From Pyrinomonadaceae bacterium (GTDB lineage: Bacteria > Acidobacteriota > Blastocatellia > Pyrinomonadales > Pyrinomonadaceae): DNA of 64,000 nt. Position numbers and translations under genes: made by a program. Position 1 is the stretch's first letter; each line of letters opens with the position of its first letter. The DNA is taken from contig JBGASE010000001.1 of NCBI GenBank assembly GCA_044229875.1, positions 29,639-93,638 of the forward strand. Reading direction: 5' to 3'. This document shows positions 8,900-19,511 of the stretch, piece by piece. The notes under the pieces are model-generated. The model worked only from the letters and a program-made list of their open reading frames with translations. It made no database searches and was not told the DNA's origin.

Positions 8900-11800
8900 A
8901 TGATATCTCTTCGGAACATTCGGCGCGCGGCGATCGGCAAGCTTGTTCTTGTCGCGCTGCTTTGCGCCTTCGGAGATGTTTCCGCGCTCGGCCAACAGCG
9001 GTTTGAGGGCTGGACCATCGTTGACCCGATCGAAATCCGGTTCGAGGGCAATGATCGTGACCTGTCGGCCGCAGAGCAATTCAGGCTGATCGCGCGCGCC
9101 GCCGTTGGCGATTCGTTTTCGACCGTCAGAATTCGCGAATCGATCCAGAAGATCTACGATACCGGTCGCGTTTCGAAAGTCAGCGTCGAAGCCGAAGCGG
9201 CGGGCGATCGCTCAGTCCGGTTACGGTTCGTGATCAAACGCAAAACCCGCGCCGAACGCGTCATCGTCGTCATCGGAAAACAGATCGGCGAACCGATAAC
9301 GGAAGATGAACTGCTTTTCAAGCTCAATCTCCTGACCGTCGGAACGCCGGTGACTGAACAGATCCTTCAATCGAACGCAAACTCGATCCTTGAATATCTC
9401 CGGGATCGCGGCTATTTCGAATCGGAAGTCAGATACTCGCAGACGCCGATGTCGAGCGAGACGCAGGTCGCCGTCAGATTTGACGTAACCCCGAACGCTC
9501 AGGCGCGGGTCGGTGAGTTCAAACTTGAGATCGAGGGCTTCGACGGCTCAAAACTGAAGCCGAAAATCAAACTCAAACCCGGGGCGTTGTTCACCCGGGC
9601 AAAAATTGACGAGGACGTCGGTCGCGTCAAGGCCTCGCTGCGCGAAGTCGGTTTTTACGCTCCGGACCTGAACCAACCGCGTGTCGTATTCGATTCGGAC
9701 AACAATACCGTCGCGATCAACCTTGCCGGAAAGGTCGGCGCGGTCGTCAATGTCACGGTCGAATCCGATGATGAGAAGGTCGGGCGCGGCGCGCGGACGA
9801 GGCTGATTCCGATATTGCGGGAAGGAACGCTCGACTACTCGGCGATTGTCGAAGGCGAGCGCCGGCTTGAGAACTATTTTCAGGAGCAGGGCTTTTTCTT
9901 CGCCGAGGTGACGCCGGTTTGTTCGGTGACGCCGGCATTTGCGGAGAACGAGGCGAGTTTCATCGAAAACGGTACGGAAAACCTCTGTTCGGCGCTGTCG
10001 GGCGCGGAGCTCGACAAACGAACGGTCGACGTTCGATATGTCGCGGACCTCAATCGTCAATTCAAGCTCGTCGATATCCGGATCGCCGGAACCAACCTGT
10101 TGCCGGCGGCCGAGATCCGAACGGTTCTTGAATCACAGGAAGCAACCGTCCTTGGAATCGTCCCGTATCTAGGGTATGGGCGCGGATATACGAGTTCCGA
10201 GCTTTTGAGCGAAGACCGTGAAACGATCAGATCGCTGATGCGCGAGCTCGGGTTTCGTGAATCGACGGTCACGGTTCGGCAGGGCGTGTCGCCGAACGGC
10301 GAAGACCTGATCATTACGTTCGTCGTCAATGAAGGCCGTCCGACACGGATCGACGAAGTCAAAATCATCGGAAACACGGCCTTTCAGGAACCTGCATTGG
10401 CGGCAAAACTTCCGAACCTCATCGGCCAGAACTACTCACGCGCGCGTGTCCGGAACGGCATGAAACGCCTTGTCGAGTTCTATTCGAACGAGGGGTTTTT
10501 TGAGGCGTCGATCAACTATGAGATCGAGGAAAAGTCGAACGACGAAAATGAAGACAGGATCCGTGTCATCTATCGGATCGAGAACGAAGGCAAGCGCGTA
10601 CTGATCAATCGGATACGGATCAGCGGCAATGAACGTACTGACCGAGACGCGATCCTGCGAGCGTTGAATCTGAGAGCAGGCAGCGTGCTCCGCGCGGCCG
10701 ACATTTTCGCGAGCGAGCAAAATCTATATGCAAGTGACGCCTTCAAGCGGGTTGAGATCAAGACCGAGGCTGCCGGCGCGGGGCAAAACGGTGACCGGCT
10801 CGTCGACATCGTCATCAATGTCGAGGAACAGCCGCCGCGGCTTATCACTTACGGCGGCGGTTTTTCGACCGATCTCGGGGCCTTCGGCTCGTTCGACATC
10901 CGTCACTTCAATCTCTTCGGCAAACTGCAGCAAGGCGGTGCCCGCGTCAGAATTTCGCGTCTGCAACAGATATTTCAGGTCGATTACGTCAATCCGCGCT
11001 TTTTGAAGGACGGCAAGTCGGCCGATGGTGTTCAGCGATTTTCGCCGTTGACGTTTTCGGCGCAGTACCAAAGGGATTCGACGGTGACGCGCTTCTTCAG
11101 ATCGGCTTTTGACAGCGGAACGTTCGGAATCGTCCAGCGCATTGATGAGAACGGAAATCCGATCGATGAATTCGGGAATGACACCGGGAGTCCGACGATC
11201 AATCGGCTGACGCTTTCGGCTGAAACCAGCCGGACGATCAATTACAAAGAGCGGAGTTTGCTGTTCTTTCGTTATCGTTTTGAAGACGTCAGATTATTCA
11301 ATGTAGAAAGTCTGCTGATCAAGGATCTGCTTCTGCCGGATGCCAAGATCAGGATCTCCGGATTCGGTGCAACTTACGTTCGCGATACCCGGGAAAATTG
11401 CAATTATCGCTATTCGGTTCTGGAAATAATTTCGAAGGGTGAGGCCGGCGAACCATGCAAATACAATCCCGGCGATCCGACAAAAGGCGAATATATCACC
11501 GCGGAATACAATCTCAGTCTTCCGTTTCTCGGCGCCAACATCGGCTTTCAGAAGTTCCAAGCGTCATACTATCGCTTTTTTACGGTTCCGTTTCTCAAGA
11601 ACACGACCTTTGCGGGCCGAGCCGTGATCGGTCTTGCCAACGTCTTTTCGCGACGCGATCGTTTCAATTCGGCGCAGTTCCCCGATCTTGACGGAATTCT
11701 CCCGATCAGCGAACGATTTTTCGCCGGTGGATCGACGTCGATCCGCGGATTTGATTTTGAGTCTGCCGGGCCGCGCGTCGTCATTGTTCCGCAGGGAACG

Positions 11801-12205
11801 TTTCGCGATCAAAGCGGCCAGATCGTAACTCTCAATCCGTTTACCGTGCCGTTCGGCGGCAACGCGATCGCGATCGTCAACCTCGAAGCACGCGTTCCTC
11901 TCAGCAAGTCGATACGCGTCGTTCCCTTCTACGACGGCGGAAATGTCTTCCGACGTATCGGCGATATTTTCAACCCGCCTGATGTGCCCGCAAACGATGT
12001 CTTCCGGCAAAATCTGCGCGCGCTTTGGTCGCATACCGTCGGACTTGGATTTCGGTTAAAAACTCCGGTCGGCGGCGAAGTCGGATTCGATTACGGCTAT
12101 CTGCTCAACCCGCCGGAGTTTCGCATCCCGCAACAAAGCGGCCCGGACGCAATATTCAGATTGCGGCAGGGCCAGATCCACTTCAGATTTTCGCAGGCGT
12201 TTTAG
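8900..12205 (+). CDS. bamA: outer membrane protein assembly factor BamA (POTRA repeats plus Omp85/D15 barrel)
   Basis: Start chosen at MISLRNIRRAAIGKLVLVALLCAF (signal peptide). Multiple POTRA-like units, a barrel, and terminal ...IHFRFSQAF. Confidence 0.9.
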   Translation: MISLRNIRRAAIGKLVLVALLCAFGDVSALGQQRFEGWTIVDPIEIRFEGNDRDLSAAEQFRLIARAAVGDSFSTVRIRESIQKIYDTGRVSKVSVEAEAAGDRSVRLRFVIKRKTRAERVIVVIGKQIGEPITEDELLFKLNLLTVGTPVTEQILQSNANSILEYLRDRGYFESEVRYSQTPMSSETQVAVRFDVTPNAQARVGEFKLEIEGFDGSKLKPKIKLKPGALFTRAKIDEDVGRVKASLREVGFYAPDLNQPRVVFDSDNNTVAINLAGKVGAVVNVTVESDDEKVGRGARTRLIPILREGTLDYSAIVEGERRLENYFQEQGFFFAEVTPVCSVTPAFAENEASFIENGTENLCSALSGAELDKRTVDVRYVADLNRQFKLVDIRIAGTNLLPAAEIRTVLESQEATVLGIVPYLGYGRGYTSSELLSEDRETIRSLMRELGFRESTVTVRQGVSPNGEDLIITFVVNEGRPTRIDEVKIIGNTAFQEPALAAKLPNLIGQNYSRARVRNGMKRLVEFYSNEGFFEASINYEIEEKSNDENEDRIRVIYRIENEGKRVLINRIRISGNERTDRDAILRALNLRAGSVLRAADIFASEQNLYASDAFKRVEIKTEAAGAGQNGDRLVDIVINVEEQPPRLITYGGGFSTDLGAFGSFDIRHFNLFGKLQQGGARVRISRLQQIFQVDYVNPRFLKDGKSADGVQRFSPLTFSAQYQRDSTVTRFFRSAFDSGTFGIVQRIDENGNPIDEFGNDTGSPTINRLTLSAETSRTINYKERSLLFFRYRFEDVRLFNVESLLIKDLLLPDAKIRISGFGATYVRDTRENCNYRYSVLEIISKGEAGEPCKYNPGDPTKGEYITAEYNLSLPFLGANIGFQKFQASYYRFFTVPFLKNTTFAGRAVIGLANVFSRRDRFNSAQFPDLDGILPISERFFAGGSTSIRGFDFESAGPRVVIVPQGTFRDQSGQIVTLNPFTVPFGGNAIAIVNLEARVPLSKSIRVVPFYDGGNVFRRIGDIFNPPDVPANDVFRQNLRALWSHTVGLGFRLKTPVGGEVGFDYGYLLNPPEFRIPQQSGPDAIFRLRQGQIHFRFSQAF

Positions 12206-14898
12206 TTTATTGCCGACGAAATGATGTGGCTTTCGTCAAGCTCGACCAGAAAATTCTCGTCATTGGCTTCGACGATCAGATCCTCACTTCGGACGTCAAT
12301 CGGCGTTGAGTCGGCAGGCTGAGACGCGGCCCCGGGCGGTACCGGACGCGACTGCGATGTCGCCCCGGGAGCGACCGGTCTCGATTGCGAAGCTCGTCCC
12401 GGCCCGACGGGTCTTGACTGCGATTGATTTCCGGGCGAGGCACGGCGCGGGTCGACGGGCGGTTTCGCCGCCACCATCTTGAGACGCTTGCGTTTGAGTT
12501 TGACCTCATACATCGCCTTGTCGGCCGAGATAAGAAGATGATCAAGAACCCGCCCGCTTGCCGGATAGGCGGCTGATCCGACGCTGATTCCGACCTGCGC
12601 AAAACGGCCATCGCCGATCGGCAAGACGAAATTGTTGATTGCTTTCTCAATACGTTGACAGAGTTCGGCGACCGATCGGTTATCGGTCTCGGGGATGATA
12701 GCGACAAACTCGTCGCCGGCGTATCTCGCAAGAAAATCGTAATCGCGAAGTTGGCCGCGCATGACCTTGGAAATCTCTTTAAGAAGTTTATCGCCGACCT
12801 TGTGCCCAAACGTGTCATTGACAGCCTTGAACCCATCGAGGTCGAGCATCAGCAATTGGAACTTCGCATTGTTCCGATCGGAACGAGCCGATTCCTTCTC
12901 AAACTGAATCTGCAGACTCCGTGCGTTCGGCAAACCGGTCATCGGGTCGGTCAGCGCGCGTGACTCGGTCTCAGCATGATTGATCGATTTGAAAATTGCG
13001 TCCGACGCGATGCGTGAGACCGTTTCGAGCAGTCGCAGGTGTTCGTCTTCGTACTCGGTCAGGTTGCATGAGTAGATCGAAACCGCCCCAAGCAGCTTTT
13101 CCTTCGCGATCAACGGAAGCGATGCCATCGCGCTGTACTCGTTGCTGAGATTCACCTGGCTCAAAGAAAAGTCAAGATTCGGAACATTCGACGCCACCGC
13201 CTGTCTCTTCTTGAGCGCGAATCCCGTTCCGCCTTCGCCGGGTTTGACATAAATATGCCGGATCTCGGTCGCGTTGAGCCCTTCGGTGTAAACCGCCTGC
13301 GCTTCGTCTGTGATCTCGTTATGTTGGAAGATGACGCATGTATCGAACGGAACCAGCTCACGGATCTTGGCGGTGAAAAGCGAATAGACATTTTCGATCG
13401 ACAGCGAAGAAGAGAATGTACGTGCCAGTTCGTAGAGCGTGAATACCTCGCGATTGGCGCGCTTGATCTGTTCAATATAACTGCGGTCTTCGCTCGCGTT
13501 GCGGAATGCTTCTTCTTCGGCCACGGAATCAAATTCGTATGCCAGTCCTTCTTCCTGAATCCGCTCCTCAAACTCGGCAAGATTGCGGCAGAAAATATCG
13601 ACGATCGTCGGATCGAACTGTGTCCCCGCGCCGTTGACAAGGAATTTGCGCGCCTCGTCGCGCGAAACCGCAGTTCGGTAAGGACGAGCACCCCGAAGCG
13701 TATCGTAGGCGTCCGCGACCGAGAGAATCCGCGCGGTCAAAGGGATCTTCTTTCCCTTCAGGCCTTCCGGATATCCCGTTCCGTCCCAACTCTCATGATG
13801 ATATTTGATCGTCGGAATCACCGGGTTGTTGAATCCGATCGCTTCAAGGATCGCGGCACCAACCGAAGCATGGATCTTTATCTTTTCCATCTCGGCCGGA
13901 GTCAGTCGTCCGGGCTTGTTCAGAATATGATCCGGAACCGCCAGCTTCCCGATATCGTGCAGGAGCGCTCCGGTTTTTATCGCTTGAATGTCTTCGTCGG
14001 AAAGACCCATCATCTCGCCGATCCCAACGGCATAGATCTGGGTTCGGCGGACGTGGCCGCGGCCGACCTGATCGCGGGCGTCGATCGCGGTTGCCAATGC
14101 TTCGACCGTCGCCAGATGAACACGGCTCGCCTCTCGGATCTCCTTTACCTTTTGCTCGAGCCGCTCATTATGGATGCGGTACGCGAGGTGGCCGACAAGC
14201 GCCACTGCGAGGACGACCCATCCGAACGCGAGTCCGAAGAACAGGAACAGAAAATGACAGAGAAGCGCGTTTCCGAAGTTGATCAAATACGGAGCCGATG
14301 TTTTCAGTGCCTGAGTCCGAAACGCGTCATAGACCACTTCCTTCCCCAGAACGAGCGCGTAAAGACTGTTAAGGGTCCGGGTAACCCCGAAATGCGTCAA
14401 CGCGGCACCGGCAAGTGCCGAGATCAGTGCATAGGCGGGAACGGGCTGATCGGCAATGATGCCGAAATTGAAACCGAATACCGCCGACAGAATCAGATAA
14501 AGTACAGACGTCGCGGAAAATGTCGCGAGAATGTGGTTGAAGATACTGTAGATCCAGTCAAATCTGGATTTATCCGTAAAATTGAGACGAGCCACCGATG
14601 CTGCCGCACCGAGAATAACTGCGCCCGGAATACCGAGCCAGATCGCTCCGATAAAAACCGTCAGTTCCTTTGCCGAAAGGTTGATCGGTGTTCCCGGAAT
14701 TTTGATCTGATGCTGATTGATCAATGCAGACGTCGCCAGCGCAACGGCGAGGATCAGAAAGTGCCGAGAGTCGTACGCCTTTAGCTGAGGTGCCGCAATC
14801 ACGCACGCCACGACACTCGCGAGCCCGATCAGAGCCCAGAGTATCTTGGTTGGCGTATTTATTTCGGCAATGCCGTCGGTGTGCTTTTCCATTACCAA
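12202..14898 (-). CDS. multi-pass membrane HD-GYP / GAF / GGDEF (AGDEF variant) c-di-GMP signalling protein
   Basis: 898 aa with a polytopic N-terminus. HD-GYP signature HDIGK...HHESWDGTGYP, a GAF-like middle region, and a GGDEF domain (LDLDGFKAVNDTFGH...RYAGDEF). The tail carries SQSRPVxPG repeats. Confidence 0.9.
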   Translation of the reverse strand: MVMEKHTDGIAEINTPTKILWALIGLASVVACVIAAPQLKAYDSRHFLILAVALATSALINQHQIKIPGTPINLSAKELTVFIGAIWLGIPGAVILGAAASVARLNFTDKSRFDWIYSIFNHILATFSATSVLYLILSAVFGFNFGIIADQPVPAYALISALAGAALTHFGVTRTLNSLYALVLGKEVVYDAFRTQALKTSAPYLINFGNALLCHFLFLFFGLAFGWVVLAVALVGHLAYRIHNERLEQKVKEIREASRVHLATVEALATAIDARDQVGRGHVRRTQIYAVGIGEMMGLSDEDIQAIKTGALLHDIGKLAVPDHILNKPGRLTPAEMEKIKIHASVGAAILEAIGFNNPVIPTIKYHHESWDGTGYPEGLKGKKIPLTARILSVADAYDTLRGARPYRTAVSRDEARKFLVNGAGTQFDPTIVDIFCRNLAEFEERIQEEGLAYEFDSVAEEEAFRNASEDRSYIEQIKRANREVFTLYELARTFSSSLSIENVYSLFTAKIRELVPFDTCVIFQHNEITDEAQAVYTEGLNATEIRHIYVKPGEGGTGFALKKRQAVASNVPNLDFSLSQVNLSNEYSAMASLPLIAKEKLLGAVSIYSCNLTEYEDEHLRLLETVSRIASDAIFKSINHAETESRALTDPMTGLPNARSLQIQFEKESARSDRNNAKFQLLMLDLDGFKAVNDTFGHKVGDKLLKEISKVMRGQLRDYDFLARYAGDEFVAIIPETDNRSVAELCQRIEKAINNFVLPIGDGRFAQVGISVGSAAYPASGRVLDHLLISADKAMYEVKLKRKRLKMVAAKPPVDPRRASPGNQSQSRPVGPGRASQSRPVAPGATSQSRPVPPGAASQPADSTPIDVRSEDLIVEANDENFLVELDESHIISSAIN

Positions 14899-15206
14899 AA
14901 CGTCGCTTCGGATCCATCGCGTACCGGATCAATTTTTCCTGCAGTCACGAACACGGATCCAACTCCTGAATATCATTTCACATGCCGTTCCAGACAGTGT
15001 TGTTTTTGCAGCATTTAGTGAGATCGCTGTGAACGGGGCACACCACTTTGACAAGGTTGGGGACGTGTAATTTTCAAAATGACTGATCTCGGCCCAAAGA
15101 ATGTTGCAAAAAACGATTTTTCTCAACGGCGAACTGGGCTAAACTGTTCAGGGCGTCGGGGTAGCAGAGAAAATCGAGGACGTGAGAAGTCCAGCTTTAA
15201 TTTTAG

Positions 15207-16214
15207 ATGAACGGATGGTTCGAAAGCAATAGTTTTTTTTCCGTGCAGAATATCGCGAAATCATTACAAATCTTAATGTTAGGCGTCATTGTTTGGGCGC
15301 CTTCCGCAGTTCTATTTGGTCAGAAAGGCGATGAAGATCTGAAGATCGAAACGCGCCTTGTTTCGGTCGAAATCTCGGTCACCGAATCCGATGGAAAACC
15401 TGTCACCGGCTTGAGGCCTGAAGACATAAGGCTGTTTGTAAATGGATCGCCGACCGACGTCGCCTTTTTTCAACCGGTCGTAAAGGAGGCCAACAGCCGC
15501 CCGATCTCGATAGTGTTCGCTCTCGATATGTCCGGCAGCGTGACCTCAGCGGAACTCGAACTGCTGACGGCCGCGATGCGTCGATTTGTCGATCAGCTTT
15601 CGCGATACGACGCGCATTTTGCACTTGTGACTTTCGGGATGGATGTGAAAACCGTTCAGTCATTCACCGCGCGGCGCGACAAAATCGAGAAGGCGTTTCG
15701 AAAACTCGCGCGTGAAGACGACGGCCTGTCGACCCACGCATACGACGCGATCGATTCTGCCGTTCGCTTGCTCGTCCGGAAATCGCCAAAAGTCATCAAA
15801 GGTAAATTCCCGCGGCGCGCGATCATAGTTATTACCGATGGTTTCCCGGTCGGCGACACCGTTTCGCCGGCGACGGCGGCCGAACGCGCAAATCAGGCAG
15901 AAACTTCCGTCTTCGGCGTCATCCTACCTTCATTCTCACGTTTGCAGGGAAAAAAGAAGCCCCTTCCGACCTTGCTTGAGGCGAGCGGGCTGATTGAGAA
16001 AACCGGCGGGAGAAGCTTCTACGCGAACGAACTGAATTTCGAGCGATTGTTCGACCAGTTGGCGACGGAAATAGTCTCTTCATATGTCGTCGCCTACTAT
16101 CCGGATGATTCCGCGACGCAGGAGATCAGGGTCGAGGCGCCGAACGGATTGCGGGTCACGCAAAGCCGCAAAACAGTCAATCGGACGACTGATCCGAAGC
16201 CCGACGATCAGTAG
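15207..16214 (+). CDS. VWA domain protein (VWFA-related acidobacterial type)
   Basis: 335 aa. N-terminal beta region (IETRLVSVEISVTESDGKPVTGLRPEDIRLFVNG), then a MIDAS-like FALDMSGSV. Confidence 0.85.
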   Translation: MNGWFESNSFFSVQNIAKSLQILMLGVIVWAPSAVLFGQKGDEDLKIETRLVSVEISVTESDGKPVTGLRPEDIRLFVNGSPTDVAFFQPVVKEANSRPISIVFALDMSGSVTSAELELLTAAMRRFVDQLSRYDAHFALVTFGMDVKTVQSFTARRDKIEKAFRKLAREDDGLSTHAYDAIDSAVRLLVRKSPKVIKGKFPRRAIIVITDGFPVGDTVSPATAAERANQAETSVFGVILPSFSRLQGKKKPLPTLLEASGLIEKTGGRSFYANELNFERLFDQLATEIVSSYVVAYYPDDSATQEIRVEAPNGLRVTQSRKTVNRTTDPKPDDQ

Positions 16215-16420
16215 CGGTCGTCCTCATAGTCGTACGGATCATCGCCGTAGTCATCATAGTCGTCGCCCTTTCCCGCCTCATGCAGATCAAGCTCGATCGG
16301 ATCCAGCCCGACAACTTCGAGATCGACACCGCATTCGTCGCAGTTGACTATATCGCCTTGTTCGGAATCGGCATCGACGTAAACTTCTTCGGCGCACTCA
16401 GGACATTTTGAAGTCGGCAT
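16208..16420 (-). CDS. LysW-like zinc-ribbon amino-group carrier protein homologue with Asp/Tyr-rich tail
   Basis: Start at MPTSKCPEC (GGAGA upstream). CPEC...CDECG zinc ribbon and the LEVVGLDPIELD core resemble LysW. The tail DDYDDYGDDPYDYEDDRY replaces the EDWGE terminus. Confidence 0.65.
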   Translation of the reverse strand: MPTSKCPECAEEVYVDADSEQGDIVNCDECGVDLEVVGLDPIELDLHEAGKGDDYDDYGDDPYDYEDDRY

Positions 16421-16628
16421 TTGATGATTTTCTCCAATTGATCGTTTCGCAAACCTGATAACCGGAACCGAAAATCCGTAACGCAGGCTCAATCCAATCT
16501 AATCCGAAATGTCTTGGATTGGCAACATTTTCAACAGAAATTTGAACGGTTTTCAATTTGTTTTCAAGCGATGTTTAGTAGATATTATTCATTGATCTGG
16601 ATTATTTCAAACTCAGCCTGGACAAAAA

Positions 16629-17561
16629 ATGCGCTTTCCTTTCGAACTGGATTCAACCAAGAAATTTGACGTCGTCGGCTTCGGAACGAACGCTGTCGAT
16701 TACCTGATCCGTGTCCCGAGCTATCCGGAATTCAACTCCAAGGTTGAATTAGTCAACTATCTTCAGGCGGCGGGCGGCGAGATTGCGACGACGATGGCCG
16801 GACTCCAGCGACTGGGAGCGAAAACGTCATATGTCGGACGGTTCGGGGATGACGCCGAGGGCGCATTTGGTATCGATTCATTGCGCGACGAGGGCGTCGA
16901 TCTCGGTTGGGCCGAAACGATCGAAGGCGCACGGACACAGATCGCATTTATCGTCATTGACGTCCGCAACGGCGAACGGACCGTAATCTGGAAGCGCGAC
17001 GCCGCGTTGGCTTATTCGCCTGAAGAAATTCCGGAAGACGCGCCGAAGAGTTGCCGGATACTTCATTTCACGCCGCACGATGCACGTGCTTGCCTGGCGA
17101 TGGCACGGTCTGCAAAGGAATCGGGGGCCGTAATTTCGATCGATATCGACAACATTTTTGACGGGATCGAGGATGTTTTGCCGCTCGTTGACGTCTTGAT
17201 CACATCGGCTGAGTTTCCGGGTCGATTTCTTGGAATTCACAGCCAAAAGCAGGCGCTTTCTGAGTTGCAAGCGCGTTTCGGGTGCAAGGTCGCCGGCATG
17301 ACGCTTGGCGAGACGGGATCGCTATTGCTGTGCGGCGACGAGTTTGTCCGAACCGACGGATATCCGGTTCCGGGCGGTTGTCAGGACACGACCGGCGCCG
17401 GCGACTCTTTCCGCGTCGGATTGCTTTACGGTTTGCTGAAAGGCGAATCGGTCGAAGATTCAGCGCGAATAGCGAACGCCGTCGCGGCCCTCAAATGCCG
17501 TGCGGTCGGCGCCCGAACGGCGTTGCCGTCGCCAACCGAACTCGCCGAACTGCTCAAATAA
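16629..17561 (+). CDS. PfkB-family carbohydrate/nucleoside kinase
   Basis: 310 aa. Ribokinase-like fold markers (VVGFGTNAVDYL; DTTGAGDSFRVGLLYGLL). Confidence 0.85.
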   Translation: MRFPFELDSTKKFDVVGFGTNAVDYLIRVPSYPEFNSKVELVNYLQAAGGEIATTMAGLQRLGAKTSYVGRFGDDAEGAFGIDSLRDEGVDLGWAETIEGARTQIAFIVIDVRNGERTVIWKRDAALAYSPEEIPEDAPKSCRILHFTPHDARACLAMARSAKESGAVISIDIDNIFDGIEDVLPLVDVLITSAEFPGRFLGIHSQKQALSELQARFGCKVAGMTLGETGSLLLCGDEFVRTDGYPVPGGCQDTTGAGDSFRVGLLYGLLKGESVEDSARIANAVAALKCRAVGARTALPSPTELAELLK

Positions 17562-17652
17562 AAGTCTTTACGCCCGATCCGTCGATATGCGAAAATCATG
17601 TTGGCGGTATTTTCTGTGGTCTCCGGGGTCGTCTCTTCTGCCTCAGCCTGAT

Positions 17653-18873
17653 ATGGAATCCAAAACCGGGCTCATCATTCAATTTACGGGAATATTTCTC
17701 GTCACGGCTTTGTCGCTGTTTCTTCGGCGTTCGTTGAAGACCCCGGCGTCGACGTTGTGGCTGGTCGCGTGGGCAAGTCTCTCGGCGGCTCTTTTCTGTT
17801 TGAGTCTGGGATTCATATTTCCGTCGACGAAGGTCCTTTTCGGCGTTTACTTCTTTCTTGAATATGTATTCGGACTGGCGCTCGTTCTCGGTTGCAAGAG
17901 CCTCGCCCCGACTTCAAAGAGTGATTCCCGATTGGCGTTGGCGGTCATTCCGTTTGCGCTGCTTTCCACCTGGCTTGCGGTTGCGATCGGAGACTTCAAT
18001 TACGTTTTCAACATTCACGCGTTTGTCCTCGGGGCATTCTTTGGAGCCTCATTTCTGGTTCTCGGGAATTCAGAGATCAAGAGCTTCGGCTGGCGCGTGA
18101 TGCGGATCGCACTGCTGCTTCTGACCATCGACTTTTTTCATTACGCCGCGGTTTTTACGATTCTCCTGATCGATCCCGAACTATTGCCGGCGACAAGCTA
18201 TCTTTCGTTCGCGCCGATCATCGACCTCGTGCTTGAGATTCTTCTTGCGTTCGGGATGGTGATCGTTTTGTTGGAGCAGGTTCTCGACAGGGTCCAGGCA
18301 GTCAACAGCGAACTTCAGGAAGCGCATGAGAAGCTGCGCCAGATCGCGCATATTGATCCGCTGACAACGGCCTTTAACCGACATGCGTTTTACGGATTTC
18401 TCGAGAACCGAGATACGGGTACGGTCTCCGGATGTGTCGGATTTTTTGATATTGACGATCTTAAACCGATCAATGACCAACTCGGCCACGCCGTCGGCGA
18501 TACCGTCATCCGAACGGTGGTCAGAACGCTTCGCGATCTGATCCGGGCAGAGGATCTTATTTACCGCTGGGGCGGCGACGAATTTTTCGTCGTCATGATC
18601 GGCATGACCGAAGATTCGGCGCTTGAAAGACTCCACCGCATCGATCGGATGCTTACCGATGTGTCGATCGAAGGCCTCGATCGTCCGCTCACGATCCGCG
18701 TCTCATGCGGTTTCAAGAATTTTTCAGACACCTCGCAGCTCGAATCCGCGGTCCGCTCGGCAGACGAAGAAATGTACCGCCGCAAAATGGAGCGAAAGAA
18801 CCGAAGAAAAACCGGCACGCATGCCCCCGTCTTCATTTCAAACGAAAATATTCTCGTCTCGATGAACCGTTAG
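17653..18873 (+). CDS. membrane-bound diguanylate cyclase (GGDEF)
   Basis: Multi-TM N-terminus, then DPLTTAFNRHAF...DIDDLKPINDQLGHAVGD...RWGGDEFFVV. The start is uncertain: 17653 was chosen, with 17587 or 17500 as alternatives. Confidence 0.85.
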   Translation: MESKTGLIIQFTGIFLVTALSLFLRRSLKTPASTLWLVAWASLSAALFCLSLGFIFPSTKVLFGVYFFLEYVFGLALVLGCKSLAPTSKSDSRLALAVIPFALLSTWLAVAIGDFNYVFNIHAFVLGAFFGASFLVLGNSEIKSFGWRVMRIALLLLTIDFFHYAAVFTILLIDPELLPATSYLSFAPIIDLVLEILLAFGMVIVLLEQVLDRVQAVNSELQEAHEKLRQIAHIDPLTTAFNRHAFYGFLENRDTGTVSGCVGFFDIDDLKPINDQLGHAVGDTVIRTVVRTLRDLIRAEDLIYRWGGDEFFVVMIGMTEDSALERLHRIDRMLTDVSIEGLDRPLTIRVSCGFKNFSDTSQLESAVRSADEEMYRRKMERKNRRKTGTHAPVFISNENILVSMNR

Positions 18874-19511
18874 CACATCGGAATTGCAAGCTCAAAATCG
18901 CCGAAGCATGCCGGAACATGGAAGTTCGGGGCGGATGTCCTTGTCTGAGACCAGGCGAGATAGCCGCGATTCGGGTCGGTACCGACGCAACGGTATAGAT
19001 TTCCTTTAAATCTCAGCCCCGAATGCGCCGTGAGGTTGAGCGATTTCCACTCAATTCGCATCGCCATGACGCTTGAATCTTCATTGATCTGCGCCGCCGA
19101 TTCCATTCCCGATTCGTAATCCCAATCAGTCTCGCGACGGTCGGCCAACTGCTTGATGCCGAGGTCGATCCATTCGCCGTTTGGGGCTATCTCGAACTCA
19201 AAATACCGGTTCGGTTCGCCCGGATCCGGAGCAATGAAAACTTCGCATACGTCGCGATCCCAGAGTCCGATTGTTTTTGATGCGAGTTCAGGCTCCGTCG
19301 AAACAACAAACGGCTCACTCTGGTTCGCCTCAAAGCGGACGTAGAGCGCATCGTCCGACCACAGCAGCCGCGCAGAAAAATGACGTCCCGGTGGTGCCGC
19401 ATCGCCGGACCAATACGTCTCAACGCGGATCACATCAGCGACGTTCCATGCATCGTGATGAAGTTCGCCGATCGGAAAATCGGTGTCGATACGACGGATA
19501 AGTGCTTTCAT
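18870..19511 (-). CDS. carbohydrate-binding family 9-like protein
   Basis: 213 aa. The pattern ([29 protein letters not shown]...EVFIAPD...[10 protein letters not shown]) resembles CBM9-like/DOMON-like proteins. Overlaps the yjbQ stop by 4 nt. Confidence 0.6.
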   Translation of the reverse strand: MKALIRRIDTDFPIGELHHDAWNVADVIRVETYWSGDAAPPGRHFSARLLWSDDALYVRFEANQSEPFVVSTEPELASKTIGLWDRDVCEVFIAPDPGEPNRYFEFEIAPNGEWIDLGIKQLADRRETDWDYESGMESAAQINEDSSVMAMRIEWKSLNLTAHSGLRFKGNLYRCVGTDPNRGYLAWSQTRTSAPNFHVPACFGDFELAIPMC

